64,000 nucleotides of DNA from positions 21,638,001 to 21,702,000 of the forward strand of contig CM060733.1 in assembly GCA_030704615.1 (NCBI GenBank), in the 5' to 3' direction. Positions 11,113 to 23,513 of the stretch are shown here, in pieces. The stretch comes from Takakia lepidozioides (taxonomy: Eukaryota; Plantae; Bryophyta). Numbering within the stretch: the stretch's first letter is position 1; each line of letters opens with the position of its first letter. Both the position numbers and the translations under genes were made by a program. Below the pieces are notes generated by a model that did not search any database, had not been told where the DNA came from, and saw nothing but the letters and a program-made list of their open reading frames with translations.

Positions 11113-14100
11113 ATGAGTTATTACAATAGACAAACTTCCCCAGACTATGCTTCCTCAAGCTCGAGATCCACCGAGGCCCAGCTTTTGAAGAACCTTGCTG
11201 CCCCTTTGGACGACCTCCCGAAAGTGGATTACGCATTTGCTTATGGCTCGGGGGTTTTTCATCAGCCTGATAGTGAGACCGCACGGTCAAAAGAGGTAAT
11301 GCCTTGTAATGTGACTTCGATCGGTTGAGAATAACTTCGAAATACAATGTACTCATAAGAGTTTGTTTGCCGTAGCCTAACTTCGAATGCCAAAGAAAGA
11401 TCAGTTGCCTTTCCCATGTGACTATAGGGGGGATGGACGAGAGCAGCAGGAGCGATACCACAGAAGCCTTCCAGAATTTCTCGAGAAGAATCTTGATTCT
11501 ATCATCGAAAGTCACCCCCAGAATTCCTGCAGAGTGCCAGAATGTTCCTATTCTAAAACGTCGCGGTACAGAGCCAGCCTGGGATTCCCTTTTCATGGCT
11601 GTGTTAGCTTACTGTGCGGAAGTCAGCCTGGTGCTTTAAGATTTAGGTGCTACTTAAGTTCCAGTTGAAAATCAAAGACCGTGAAGCTAAGAGAAGATTT
11701 GTGAGGGATAAAGAGAAGAAGTTCAGTCATGGGAGGGATAATTTTTTTCTCAAACTAGCAGGCAGCCTGAAGTCTGCTCACGTGGGTCTTATGTGGATGG
11801 GGGATTCTGAGCAGGAACCCATGGTAGATTACATACTTGGTGTCTCATCTCCGGTAGACTGGCACTCACAGGTTAGTATCCCTCCTGGACTTTTTGTTGC
11901 AAGTGGTTTTGGCGTCAACCCAAAGTTGTCAAGGTCATTGGCATTGGGCATAACTTTGGTAGCGTCTGTCATTATTCCTGATCTCCAGAGGTCTGAAGAA
12001 CGAGAGTTTCACATGGCCATTTGGGATTGAATGGCCCTTGCCTAAAATATGATTGCCATTGTATCAAATTATCTCCTACAATCAATCTTGAAAAATGCAG
12101 GATAATTTGCAGCAGCAGGAGGATGATGTTTAATGAATTCTACGTAAATGAGTTCTGGTCTGGAAGCCCCGTAAGATGAGTCTTACTCAGTCAAGGCATC
12201 TTGTGTGCGGTTTGCTTGGCAGAACATTCAGCAGAATCCTATTCACTATGCATCTTGGCTGGCCCATTTTGGAGGCAAAGTGGTATATATCTCTATGCCC
12301 TTGCAACCAATCAAAAACCTGTTTGTTCAATCAATGTGGCACTAGATTTGCTTTAGATGGGTACAGCAGGTTACATTGACTTCCCTCTCTCCAGAATTGC
12401 TGGGCTGTACTGTGAGTGGAATGGCAAGTCGAGTGACATTCTTCCCCCTTGTCTCCAGTCCTCTCCAATAGTGTGCAGCCAAAATATGAAACAGCAGTTG
12501 ATAGCTATAGTAACTCTGCTGGGCGCAACATCATTCTTCGTAGAATGATTCTTATGCTACCACATAAGAGAAAGGGGTAACTTATTGCGTACAAGTACAA
12601 TAGAGTTTCTATTAAGTTTTGTGGCCTGGCTGATCAAACCCAATGACCTGTTCCAGGAGGGTTAGAATAGCCAAGTTCCTATTGAACTGAAACGTGATGA
12701 GTATATCATCAAAAAACTTACTTGTCTGACACTAAGACAAAAATGCAGGTGGCCAATGTGGCAGAAAAAGCAGGAGTTGGGGTCCACTTCAACACATTTG
12801 TGCCGTGGCAAGACAAGGTGGGTGGCAAGACAATATGAAGCTTGTTGCTAGACTTGTACCAGCAGTTTTTAATGTCTGATTATTATTGCTCAAATCCACA
12901 GAAGGAATGTGCAAACGATAGATGGATTAATTTAACACAGCTGTGAGGGTGTGTTCGGTGGCAGAAAATTAAGTATGGAGTGATCAGCACAGATAACTTG
13001 GTACAGGATATATTGACATGGCAGAGACTCTACATAAGTGGGCGCCTCCAGAAGCCTGTGAGTGGCATTGCATAGGCAAACACAATGTCCTTGATTGTGC
13101 AACTCAAAATGTGCATTTAGCAAAAGTTAAAAAAAATTGATAGCCGTGGTTGAGTTTGCGTTGTTTCCTTCAAGTGAAGATTGATCCTCAGGTGGTGCTG
13201 GTTGTGGTATGTTGGCAGGTGCGTGTTCTAGTGGATGATATTGGCTTGGAAGAGCTCAACTGCGCCAACCTGCAATCGGCTCTCTCAGTAGCCATACTTC
13301 TTCTGCCTTCAGAATTCTCAGAGGTGACATGACACTCCACCTTTGCATCTTCTGCTGTCTCTAGGTTGCTGACTGATGGTTCAGCTCAGATGTTAGGGCT
13401 GAGAAGTGCATTAGAAATGCTTTTGGTGCCTGCCTTGGCATCCAGCATGTATTTTTCCTCTCCTCTCCCTCTCCCCTCTTGTATGGTCCTGTCCCTTAGG
13501 TGGAGACATATCCCCCAGAAAAGGATAAACAAATCAGCATGTTTTGACTGTGTGGTCATTACAGCCAGGTTTTGCCACTTATTGTCGACAGTTGTTCTGT
13601 GAGCCATTCTTTGCAGGAAGATCTCTATTCCACTATATGTGGGCTCTCTTACATGGGCGATGTCCGCATGCTTTTTGCTGAAGACAAACACAAGGTTTGG
13701 ACTGCCTTCCTATCCAATCCCCTTGCAGAAATTGATGCAGTAGTGACCTCTCTCCCTATCTCTGTTTTCTCTGAATTGGTTCACTGATATGTGCAGGTCC
13801 GTAACATAGTGCAAGGCAGTGCCCCTAAGTTCCAAGATCTATACAGGGGTTCAATCTGCAATGTTGCAGCCACTGGTGTTTTGCAACTACCAGCAGCTGT
13901 TGGCACAGACCTTCAGTCAAGGCTTGTTCAAGTTGGTTCCTTGACCACACTCTAGATTTTCTAGTAGGTGCAGAGCTAGCGTGAGATGGCTTCAGATATC
14001 CCTTCCTACCACAGAGGTCATTCAGGAGCATAGGCTAGGATCTAAAACTTCTTTTAGGTCCACTGAAGAGTTGACGAGCTATGTGGATGCAGGATAACAG

Positions 14101-14945
14101 CCTTTCTGCCACAAATTCACTGCTACGCTCGCTTCCATTGTCTGTGATGCAACGGCTGGCTTCCTATACAGGCACCAAGTTTGAGGGCAGTCACTCTGGT
14201 ATACATCTCATCTTGACCTTCTCTTCCTTAGCTACAGCCTTTTTATGTAAAACCTTTGCAGTGTGGAGTACATGGTAGAGGTGTATGCAACATGAATCCA
14301 CTTTAATGCCAATCATCTGCCAAAGACAGTTTTCGGATCACCTTCCAAGATTCCAACATGGATTGTGTTTAGGTTCTGCTCCCATTGGCCTGATTTGTGG
14401 ACCCTATGTAGGGTAATCCAGTATGAATCCCACTGAAAAGGTGAGCACATCTTCAACTCGCTCTGAACCTTGGCTGATGCTATATGGGCTGATGTCTTTG
14501 GGTTTACATGGGAGGCTGCCCTTAGGTGGCCATTAAACCCATTTTTGCCAATGGGGACACATTTAAAACCCCTCTGCCACAAACCCCCCCACCCCACCCC
14601 CCCCCCACCCCCACCCCCACCCACCCCACAAAGACTTCCCATCTCAGGTCAATGGGGACAGTCCCTGAGAACCTTTGGGTGCACAATGAGGTCATATGGT
14701 ATAACCCTGGAGTCAGATCTGAGTAGCTTGACAGGCATTGGTGTGGAATGATCGCAGGCGCGACTATTGCAGAAGCTGTGGTACATGCGAGTGAAGGCCA
14801 CGTAAAGCTGGTCCGGCGGGCAATCAGTAGCATAGTAAGAGCCTCAAGTTTAAGGCAGGTAGTTTCAGGGTTTTTAGCTGCAGGAAGTGTCAATGCAGTG
14901 CAATATGTGGCCAGAAAGGCATCTAAAGCTTGGCATTCAAGATAA
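11113..14945 (+). CDS. TAM41: Mitochondrial phosphatidate cytidylyltransferase TAM41 (Mmp37 family)
   Basis: Exons 11113-11295, 11815-11871, 12223-12282, 12749-12817, 12965-13057, 13219-13323, 13617-13694, 13797-13931, 14093-14198, 14758-14945, all GT-AG and in phase. Motifs YAFAYGSGVF, MVDYILGV, GVGVHFN, KYGVIS, LYISGRLQKPV, LSYMGDVRM. Confidence 0.95.
11348..11378 (-). mobile_element. ~30-nt 3'-terminal stub of the same LINE family in TAM41 intron 1
   Basis: TGTACTCATAAGAGTTTGTTTGCCGTAGCCT matches LINE 4740-4770 with 2 mismatches. Flanked by TAACTTCGAAATACAA (11332-11347) and TAACTTCGAATGCCAA (11378-11393). Confidence 0.8.
14584..14627 (-). repeat. C-rich tract (G-runs on - strand, G-quadruplex-prone) in TAM41 intron 9
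   Basis: Seven runs of 3-10 C separated by single A. Confidence 0.7.
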
Positions 14946-15397
14946 TAATGTGCCTGTGAAAATGACGTGCCTACTTTTTACCCACTAGCAAATGTCAAAC
15001 TTTGAAGCACTTGAGATAGGTAAACTCAAAGACCCAAGGCCTGAACCCTAAACCAAGGCTCTTTCGAAAAAATCAATGCACATCATGCAAGTCTACCTAG
15101 ATTTTGTAAGGTAATATCCTATCTTTACCAAGTTCCATGGTTTGCATGCATTGATGATAACAAGATTCACTGCACATGAGATTTGGAGTCCTACTTAGTA
15201 CTGATGCTGATTGTCTCGATTTGCTTTTGTGACTTAGTGTGCTTTTTATGTGTGCTTAACAATTCAGCAGTTGTAATTGTCATCCAAGCCAAAGGGTTTA
15301 TATCGGGAGAGGGTCCGCCCTGTCATGGTATCTATTTAACAGCAAGCATTATTCCTCTCTTTCTTTACCCCGGTCCATACTGCAAGTGAAGTGACAC

Positions 15398-18300
15398 TTA
15401 TGAATCATTTGCACCTGCACTGATGTAGGCTGATTGTTTAGTAACCAGCAATTCCACTAAAGGCATCTCAACATCAGCGTGTAAGTTGCCCCTCTCTACC
15501 AATACCTCCCCCTCACCCATCACCACTGTCACTTTTTGTTTTCGTGTCTCAAGCTCATTGGCCACAACTGCGTTCATCCTGTATCTCAAGAGGGCATTTT
15601 GGGCCTTTCTTATCAGTAGCTCCATATCTGTTTCCAGCTGCAACCATATGAGATGGGACTCGTTAGAACAAATGCAAACTGTACAGTCATGGGTGTAGAA
15701 GGGCGGTGGTGAGAGAGATAAGGACATAGATAAGGTTTAAAGACAAACCTTGAAAGATACACAGAAGGCAAGAGGAGCCCAAATCTCACGAAGCAGGGTC
15801 AACATCTTGGGTACTTGAGGTAGCTGCATTGCCAATGGCCCTGAGCCTGACTGTATCTTATGCTCTACCTGCAAACCCACCATGTCCCTCATTGTGAAAC
15901 AAGTTATAGCCCAAGCCCTACTCTGAATGGGCGAGGTTCAATTTCAGGTTCTTGCTTGGGCCTGGGACGGATTCTGCAGGTTCTACTCTTAAACCCAAAG
16001 CAGGTGAGAAAACATCGTAATAGCTGACTTCCCACGCATTGAAATGAGAGGGGAAGAAATTTTCACTGCAAGCAACACAAAAGGTGCAGATAGCATGAAA
16101 GTTTATTTCAGTACAAACTAGCTAGGACAGTAGAGGAGCATATCCTGAAGTACTAGCCAGACGACAAACTTGCAGGAGTTCTCCCTTCAGCTAGTGTGCA
16201 GACAATGACATTACATTGTTGACTGGACATGACTAACTTCACAACACCCTTTGAGAGGAGACTAAAATGCCCTACCATAGCATTCCAAGGCACATAAAAG
16301 TCTGACACAGCGGCAGCCAGATAAAACATTGCATGTTGTTGCAACGGCTTCATTGCCATTGAGACGATCTGCAGTATCTGCATAGACACAGCCACTACTC
16401 TTCATTCAATTTCAGAACTGACATTGTAGGTTCTCCCTCAGACCAAAAACACCCTTGGGCCAGAGGTTGTTATGGTCATGTCTGTTCACATCTTTGCTCT
16501 TGCCAGTTTTGACAGAAAGTAGTTTGTTCTACTGTCCTTTAGCATGAAACCTCATTAATTCATGGTATGTGTGCAATACAATACACCATCTAAAATACTA
16601 AAATTTAGACAAAAGTTCTGGTTTTATGATCACAGGGGGAATGAATGATTGAAAGCTAACTGCTACCTGAATGTACTCAAAGAGTGTAGTGTATGGCAAG
16701 TTCAGAAGATTCCCCTGCTTCACTGCCTGCAAGTTCAATTTAACCCCAATCAGCAGCAAATAGTCTTAGTATTTTGATGGGGCCAAAAGATCATGTGTGC
16801 ACAAGCATAACTAGATCCATCCACATGACGTCATGTGAAACTTAGCTAGGCCCCTTGCAGACTAACATTCCATCTCCTGTGCTTGCGTGCTTGCCCAACA
16901 ACACCTTGTATATGATTTTAAATTGATAAGTGCAATATGAACCTACAATAGAAGACAAATGGAGGTACCAAATGGTGCTCTTTGACTGCCTGTCGCACTA
17001 CTGTTTCATGCCTCGCAATGGCTGCAAACAAACTGATAGATCAGAGAGACATATCGACTGGTGAGAGAGAGAAAAAATGACCCCTGCCCATCGAATTTCT
17101 GAGCAGTGCAAGCAAACCTTTCCTTATTGGAAAAGGAGAACGAACTAAACAACATGGAATCGTTACAACATGATAGAACTCATCATTCAGGAAACATTCT
17201 AAGCTCTAATTCATACAAACTACATAACTAGGCTTGGAATCTGGGACAAGCAAAATATTCCTTTTCCGTGCCATGCAGGAAAATGTAAAAACAAACTAAC
17301 ATAAGACGTTGCATCTGCAGTTTCCATGCCCTTCAAGGAGGTACTCACGGTGTATGGCTCCACTGTCATCTGGTTCAAAACAAGTCAGTAGTGGATCTTC
17401 AGGTAAGAACCGACAGAATGGTTGCGCGGATCCTCTGCTCTCCAAATAAGAACCAAAAGAGTATCCTTTAGTAAAGGGATGAAGGAATTCTTTGGGGGCG
17501 GGGAGAGAAAAGACACATCTCTACAGTGGAATCAACTGGGGAACTGCCATGGACTGGTCAACATTATTAAGAAGCTCAACTTATCTCTCTCTAACCGGAT
17601 CCATTCTCTCATCCCCTCTCTCCCACTCTTGCTGCTTCATCCAAACTGGGCAGTAGTAGTCTATGGCCACTAGGCTACAGTCAGCAAAGTCAAATGATTA
17701 CAGCACTTCTTCACCACCCGTGTACTGTGAGATAATAGGGGGAGACTGCTGGTTCCAAGGCTGCTCATCCTTGGCAGACAAAAGATGTTGACAGCATACC
17801 TGTACGAGGCACTCTGTCCCCTTTACATTCCAGTATGATTTCTGTGGTTCATGCAACACTTGAGCATTGAGTTGTTCTTTGGTTTATCTGGTTCTGCTGT
17901 TTGTTTTCTGTGGGTCTGTCTTGTTCTACTTCTGCCTCTTGCTCCATTGGTCACTTCATAAATTCTCCCTCGCGCACTTAATCTTCTCCTCACACTGGTT
18001 TCTGTGGTTATACCATTTGTTGTATTGTGTCCCAAGGACCCTCTGTTATTCTTCTTTCTCCACCTCACTAGAATCGCATCCCCATGAGTACCAATCAATA
18101 GAGCAGAAGATTGAACAAAAAATGTACGACAAAAATGGCCAAATTGCAAAGCTTGGTCATGAAATTGACCTGCGGTGAAGGAAGATGACTGCATATCCAG
18201 CCTTTAGAAAATATCTGCACCCAGGTGAGTATGGTGACCAACTTTGCCAACCGCCCCAAGGGAAGCGGAGGAGAACAAACATAGAAGGATAAAGGTCAAC

Positions 18301-19493
18301 AAATAACAGTCGTATTAGTGCTCTACTTAAATCTCACTGAATTCAAAAATTGCCCACTAGAACAAGAGGGAAAATAAGGATATTACATTCACTATATGTG
18401 GTTGGATAGAGTAGAAAAGAGAGAAAATGGCTGGGGTAAAAGCTACAATATACTCTGTGGAAGCAGCCCCTCTGTGTCCCGAGCTGAAATTATCAATAAA
18501 GCGGACACAGCGACGTTCTAAAGGAACTGTCGTGCCCCCTGAAGTAACACAGACAACCCTTCTCCCAGGAGCCATTTTTCCCCTGTCCTCTGAAAAATGA
18601 AACAGAAACAACACTCAATAAATTTATGAGAGGATCATCCATCACCACTGTGGTAATCATTCACTGGAAATTAGAAAATCCCAGTCCTGAAAGCCTCTCC
18701 ATAGGAAAGATGATGAGCCGCAATCCAAGAGCTTTCATGTGACTTTAATTACACAGCAACATGCCAATTGATGAATTTGAGGGTTTCTTTGGTCAGCTCC
18801 AGCACAGCTCACAGAGGATGAGAAGTATCTCACAGGATCGTATAACATAATTAATCCATGCGTTAGATTGAAAACATTCGAATTATTTAAATGGATCGCA
18901 CAATATGCGCACATTCCCTTGGTTGCAAGTCACAAAATTATGTCAACCAAACAGCAAGGCAAGTACAGACCTCGGGCTATGAAGTACAAGGTCATGCATT
19001 GCTCAATTTGCCGGACCAGTCGAAAGTATATTAATAATATATATAGACGAGATCCGGGGTGGAGAGGAACCTGAGGAAAAAGATGACAGTCGCAGTCGCA
19101 CAAACTTCTCCACATCCACCACAATGGATTCACGGTCCCGCAATGGTGGTGCGGAGGCAAAGAAAGCTTCGGCATTCTCCTCTTCAAGGGCGGATGCATC
19201 CCTGCACTGAGGACATACATCCACGGACTTGGAATTTCTTTGTCCTACAGACCTCCAGACAACGAAAAGGAAGGAATCCAGAAAGAATGGAGTCTCAATG
19301 AGAGTTTATCCAAGTAAAAGAGACAATCAACTACATCCTGTATGGCAATGACCAGCTATTATATGACTTCATCAGCTCCCCACAGAGAGTGCAGACATAC
19401 TGAGAGCCAAGACCTAGATTTAGCATTCACATCATAGAAAACACGAGCCATAAGAACCACAAAGAGAGAGGAGAGACATAACCTAACTAGCAT
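15398..19493 (-). CDS. PPCS: Phosphopantothenate--cysteine ligase (CoA biosynthesis)
   Basis: Exons 19493-19483 (inferred micro-exon), 19201-19071, 18589-18454, 18214-18170, 17433-17349, 17021-16969, 16726-16667, 16377-16276, 15868-15749, 15637-15398. Motifs [62 protein letters not shown]. Confidence 0.93.
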
Positions 19494-19711
19494 AAGTGGG
19501 CTGAAAAAAGATTCCCACTTAAGACTTCAGAAATCTGTTCTTGATCATTTTCAATTGACCAAAGGCTGAAATGCTCAAGAAAAAACAACACACTTAGATA
19601 GTTGACGCATGCCAAAACTGCCAAAAATTGCCCACAGTAGCTACTGCCCTCCTTTGAAGCAGTGATTTTGTACATCTTTTCATTCTCCTCATTAAACTAC
19701 AGCAATGTCTT

Positions 19712-19731
19712 AGAGAGAGAGAGAGAGAGAG
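19712..19731. repeat. (AG)n microsatellite upstream of PPCS
   Basis: Direct reading. Confidence 0.8.
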
Positions 19732-20543
19732 GGACAGGGATAGAGAGATTCTGAACTCATTTGAATTAGTGGACTGGAAACTGCCGAGCAAACGGCCACA
19801 AAGCTTTGTGAGGGCGAGAGAGTAATCCTTCTCTGCACCAACACTTGATCATGTACCATGAAGCTCATAAGATAGCCTCAAACATACACTCGCAACAGCC
19901 AAAGTAGGGGACCACAGAGTCGCTAGGACGTAATCTAAAAGAAAGAACCGCAAGAATTTCAACCTAAGCACGAGGCCCACCTCAATTTCGAGCCTCTGCG
20001 TAGCAAGCGCTGAAGCTCCTGCTTGGTGGGTCATGTCTCCCAGGGCCACTTTAGACCAAGGACAAGACAATAACCATTTGAACCAATTTGAAGCAAATTG
20101 GCCCAGATCTTGGTCGTAGATGCATATTACAATATTAGTAGCGTAGGGACCAAAGCCTTGGGACCAAGACCAAGACTAATACCAAGACCAGGAAAAGTGT
20201 ATCAATCACACCACCTCCTTTATCTTTCCCACTCCACATTCGAGATTGATTCTAACTGCATTTGAGAAAACTATATTTTACATGGTCGAGGGTCCAAGAA
20301 TCTGGTCCTTATCTAGAATCAACGCCGCTTAGATGCCATGTCATTCCTAACTTTCTTGGTCATGGTCCATAGTGTGAAGCCAACATGACCAAGAAAATGT
20401 AGCCCTTCAACTTATGGGATCACTCCATTTTGAGTTGGTCTTGTGTTGGCCCGTTGTCTAAAGTGTTCCATCTTGCTCTTCAGGGTCGGGGATTGGGAGT
20501 TGGGTGCGCAGGAATTTGTGAGAGGGATAGAGAGAAAAGAAGC

Positions 20544-21690
20544 ATGAAGTTCGTTGCGGGTTCATATGAGAGATTCTTGTGGGGATGGCTAGTGAAGGAC
20601 AAGAAGAAGCAGCTGGAATGGACGTTCTCGTACCCTGCACACCAAAGGAGCCCATCAAAGGCGTGGCTGCTTGCGGGTCGGTGGTGGCGAGGGGGGGATC
20701 GGATGACACCATCAAGGATTTGATCTGAATGCTCAGAAAGATATGGGGTCCCTCTACAAGCACACTGGGGCCGTGACATCCCTCGCGTTTCATGGACCGC
20801 GGGGTAGCCCTAATTCCATGGCTGACCACCCAACTCACCTATTCAGCGGGTTCGAGGACGGCACAATCGGCATATGGGACACTGATGCGTGGATTCATCT
20901 TGCAGAGACGAAGACGAAGAAGGGCTCTAAGAGTGTAGTGAAAGATTTGACAATTCATTCTTCGGGAATGGTGGCCTTGTCCGGGGAGAGGGGCGGTCGC
21001 ATGAGGGTGTGGAATCTTAGCAAAGCTCGGTGTAGCTTTACCACTAGGTTTTCGCCTTGTGGGACTATATGTACACGTACATGTCCGTTATCTCAATGCT
21101 ATATTTACGTTCCCAAAATGTTCAAATATGTTCCCAAGTAACCCTAGGCAGCCTTGGGTGCAGGACACGTTGGCCTGTGGCCCAGGCCAGGAGTAGAGGG
21201 CAGGTACCTGGCCCCGGGCCCAAGCCATAACGACGATTTTTAGCCTCATTGATGGCCTTTTTTGTATTCCCTAACTGGCATGGTCAGTTGAAAGTGCCCA
21301 TTCGAATCGAATCACAGGACTTGCTGTCTTGGGATCCAGTCGGGGGACAGATGAAAAATTCGTTGGAATTCCGAATCTTGTAGCTTCTGCGTCAACTGAC
21401 GGGATGGTGCGGGTGTGGGATGTTCGCATGGTGGACAGTTCCGAGGGATGGGGCAACGTCTGCTCCAGTTATGGAAGCAGAGACTAAAGCCCGACTCACC
21501 TGCCCTGTAAGCTGTGGGGCTGCTAAGAGTGAGTTTGGAAATCTGGTTATCTGCAAACTTTATTTTTGTGCTTTGCATGTCTCTGTTTGCTGTAGTTTTA
21601 AGTCACCTCCCTGATCGACTCTATTTCTTTTCACTTGCAACAACATTTGTGAGTGAAATTTTCTAATTTTTCTGTGTTACAGAGCAGCAC
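20544..21690 (+). pseudogene. PAK1IP1/MAK11-like WD40 pseudogene
   Basis: MKFVAGSYERFLWG..FSYPAH, GGSDDTIK, HTGAVTSLAF, SGFEDGTIGIWD, VASASTDGMVRVWD, ETKARLTC. Carries frameshifts, a stop, and an unrelated ~220-bp segment (~21050-21270) replacing central repeats. Retains a GT-AG intron at 21529-21682. Confidence 0.8.
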
Positions 21691-22487
21691 TAATTCTTTA
21701 GTGGGACAGGTAAATCTGTCAAGTGATGACACCAGAGTCCCCACCAGCCACCAGTCCTCCTGAAGCTTATTGTCTGTTTGATCCTGCCAGGGTATGAAAC
21801 TCGGCCTGGAATTGCCTTAGGCCCAGAAAATACCTGGAGGTCAGGTTCGAAGGTTGTGGCATCCATCTTGATTGCCTGGTCTTGGTCTTGTGCTTCATCG
21901 AAAGAAATGGCCTCTTGGTCAACAGGGGAATCATGCTTACCATCTAAGATTGGATCTTGGCTTGCGGTCTCTTCTACACCCACTCCTTGAACGTTCCCTG
22001 TGGCTCTAGCACGTGCTGCCATGACAATCGTGGTGAGTTTCACACCCAAGTCATAAAACCCGCCACTGGGACGGGGAGGGTTAGACTCCCAGGGGGACTG
22101 TGCCCGAGGTTACAGGAAGTCAATGAACCTTCTGAGATAGCCATTGACATAGAGTGGCAGACGATGAGGCGAAGACCTACAGGCAAGAACTGCAAGGATT
22201 TCGAAACACTCTCCTCTGTGCCAGCCTCCTTCACACCTGTGGCAATCCCCCAGAACAATCACTGATCGAACATAGCCCAAATCCATGTTGATAGGGACTG
22301 ACGTACCAGAGACGGATGGAGCCACAGGGACTCCATTTGTAAAGAATCACCCAAGATGCAGTAGCCGGAGAAGTACGGGTACCCAAGATTTCCGCCATCC
22401 TCGCACAGGCCCATGGAACACTGATGTGGGACGATGCCTTGTGGATGACCTGCTTCCCATCCTCATACTCCCTCCCGCTCCCTCCAC
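21690..22487 (-). pseudogene. BCL7-domain (plant BDH, SWI/SNF subunit)-like pseudogene
   Basis: Manual translation from GTG at 22487 gives VEGAGGSMRMGSRSSTRHRPTSVFHGPVRGWRKSWVP. After a frameshift it reads VILYKWSP, later GYVRSVI and an acidic tail. This resembles the plant MEG..GRSSTRYGP..VF.GPVRKWKKKWV / LLYKWTP motifs as I recall them. Not captured by the ORF track. Confidence 0.7.
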
Positions 22488-23513
22488 CTTGCCAAGTTCA
22501 AATTACTGCCAACCAGTGCTGAGTACATCAATTGTGGAAGCAAGCAAGGCCTACATGATTCATCGGCCAACTCAGAATCTTGGCTCCAGCAGCCTCCTAC
22601 ATTGCTGGTGGTCTAGGTATGATTTGCATTGCACAGACCGAGTGGACACTGATTCTCTTGGGAGCGCAACCCACAACGGAGTCGAATGCACTATGTTCAA
22701 TAAACTGGAGGCACTCATAGATTCATGTGTTGTTAAGTGTGCTGCTTTGCCTACTAACTTGCTGTCAGTTGTCTTGAGCAGCTCCAACGGATTCAAACTG
22801 AAAAATGCTTGAAGGGTCTGAACTTTACACCCTCCATCAGTATTCATACACACTGCCGATAGGAATAGCCAGGCATGAACTAACAACTAACCAAGGCAGT
22901 GCATTGAGCATGTGATTTCTTGACCATCAATTGCAGGTGCTGCTGAAGAAGTACTAGCTTCAAGCTGAAACTCACATATATGATCAACGAAAGATCAAGG
23001 AACTTAGTATTTGCTAACAATCGCAGGTAGCGATTTTAGGGGATTACTGTGAGTGTGGGAATACAAGAGTGAAGTCCCAATGAAGAGAGAGGTCTAACAC
23101 TTCCATATTTGTGGCTCATGCTGATGTTGTTGATTGGAGAGTATCACTTTCATCATGTTTCATTTGTTTTACAATGGATCTTGCGGAAGTTCCCATTCAC
23201 GCACACATTAAAGGGTAGAGAACTCAACTCCTATTGGTTATAGCACATATCTGCGGTCTCTACCTGGAACAGGCAGAGAATGGTAAGAGGACAGAAGTGC
23301 TTTGAAGATTTCACATGCTGCTGGTTGAGTTTCCCTTCTTCAACTGCCTGTTTATTGCCAAGGACTAGACTGGATTATTGTATCTTTCTCAGAATAATTG
23401 GCACACTGACCTATGCAAGAGATTAATTGTGGCGCACTGACTAAGCGAATGACTCCACACCTCTGTATTAAGAGTTATTATTGTTGAAGGAATAATTTGG
23501 AAAAATGGCTATG

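Noticed and set aside
12805-12833. 12-bp direct repeat GTGGCAAGACAA across the TAM41 exon 4 donor
   Set aside because: Small local duplication that leaves the reading frame and donor unaffected.
17300-17311. CATAAGACGTTG matching the LINE 3' region
   Set aside because: Only 12 nt, lacks the TGTACT terminus and has no TSD.
20352-20396. 13-bp perfect inverted repeat TTTCTTGGTCATG/CATGACCAAGAAA
   Set aside because: Isolated short hairpin in ACCAAG-rich sequence, with no TSD or other support for a function.
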